From contig NC_042999.1 in the NCBI RefSeq assembly GCF_006345805.1, positions 145,576,001 through 145,640,000 on the forward strand: a stretch of DNA of 64,000 nt, written 5' to 3'. Each line of letters begins with the position of its first letter. Position 1 is the stretch's first letter. Below, piece after piece: positions 62,401-64,000 of this stretch. Both the position numbers and the translations under genes were made by a program. Under the pieces are notes generated by a model, which saw only the letters and a list, made by a program, of their open reading frames with translations, was not told the DNA's origin and searched no databases. Source of the stretch: Octopus sinensis. Lineage: Eukaryota.

Positions 62401-64000
62401 TTATCTATCTATCTATCTATCGCGCTGCCTGGTGAAGCTGCACCAACAGAAGTGCCAACTCCTCTGAGCAGAATAAGATTGCATATGCACAAAGAAAACG
62501 CGAAAGAAACAAGTTCAGAGCTAACTTTTCGGTTATAACATGCCTATGTTATAACTTCAGGCCCATGCCATACTTGCCACACCAAATTCTTCCTTATTAG
62601 AATGCTGGTTCTCAAGAATTCCCTTTCTTCTCATGTCTTAGCAGTTATTGATTTGCAAATTTTCAAGCGAAACATTAATGGTATCAATCGCATATGTGTA
62701 GGAGAGACTGGGAAGTCCATGAGCACTGTTCTGACTTCACGAACCAGCAAATGAAAGATAAAAGAAAAAAAAAAGGAAAAAAAAAGCCATTTCTTAAACA
62801 GAATCGAGATTTAATTTCTAAACAATGCTCTCTGGTAATGAAAGGACGTCTAGTAATTTTCCATTGACTTATTTCGGTGGATAGAAATATTTCAACTGAA
62901 ACTAATGAAACACCTATTTATTACTGGCAGCAATACTTGTCTGTGTTTAATAAATATAATGATATGAATTCACTACATTTCCGATAATTTTCTTAAAAAA
63001 TGATGAAAACAATTTCCAATTTACTGGTAAATGTCGATTTCTTAGGAGCTGAGGACTTAGATAAGTCGAAATATTACTCAAATTGCTCTTCATACAATTG
63101 TGCGAAGAAAATAAATAAAAATATAGAAATTAATATAAAATTTTGCTCGTATATTTTTTCTATTTTCTAAGTAAATAAATTAATCAAATTTTCTTTTCAA
63201 AATGGAGTGTAAATTCAACATTACTCTAAACAAAATATTTTTTCAAATCAGTATTTTTTCCCGGTGTCTGTTGAGTATAGACGATAATTTTAATGGTTAT
63301 GTCGGTTACCAAAAAGAACAAATTTAAGAAACACATAACCGGTGACAGTATCCTTGTAAAGATGTTCTAAATACAAAATTTATATATTTAGATGCAAAAA
63401 CTAACCTAAAACATGAAATATCCGTTCACTTTTATAAAGACACGTTGTGGTTTTAAAATGCCAATATCTATGTAATCATAGATTGATTGGACAGCGATAT
63501 TTTATATCATGTCTAATGAAAGAGGCCCAGCTTTAATGACAGGACATGAATCATTACCTTCGCTTGATTTCTAAAGAGAAGGAGAGAATAAGAAAAACTT
63601 GACGGAAAAGTCAATAATGAATAAACGAACTCATAAACACTTCATACCGCTGAAAAATTATGATCATCAGGCATGAAGATCGAACTGACTGATTACATTG
63701 TGATTTAACAATTAACCAGGACGTTCATATATTTATAAACCTGACTATATTAGTACTCTGGTGCTTAATTTCGTCTGTCAAATTTGTACGACTTAATAAA
63801 TGTGGGACTCTGACCAAGTGTTTAGAATTTTAATAAAAATTCCGTTACCATCCTGCAGTATCTTACGAATTCCGGTAAATTGTTATGTAATAGTAAAACT
63901 GACCGGTTCTATCTAAATTTCAAGCTGCCCAAATTTTTTCGTGGGTCAAATTACACAGTATGTGTGCGTGCGTGCCGATATGAGTCACGTCAACATATCC

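Overview
AT-rich, repeat-dominated eukaryotic DNA. The SINE families and microsatellite load suggest an Octopus-like cephalopod genome, probably a large intron; this is inferred from repeat content only. There is no intact multi-exon gene. The only host-coding candidate is a 30-nt microexon at 56440-56469 (IKESRFQVET). The window contains decayed mariner (DD34D), maT (DD37D) and Tc1 (DD34E) transposons, a hAT MITE, Helitron-like ends, CR1-, RTE- and Tx1-type LINE fragments, a probable LTR-pol relic, many tRNA-derived SINEs and several Penelope-like elements (PLEs). The most striking signal is a dense set of type I hammerhead ribozyme (HHR) motifs, folded by eye: about 12 have all three helices recognisable and about 9 are degenerate or half motifs, from several unrelated families. 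Most lie 45-250 nt upstream of a (TA)n tract. Three loci form head-to-head inverted repeats with an HHR on each strand. One locus (49944-50818) is a retrozyme-like 361-nt tandem unit whose inversion breakpoint falls exactly on the predicted GUC cleavage site. All alignments and folds were done manually and need computational confirmation.
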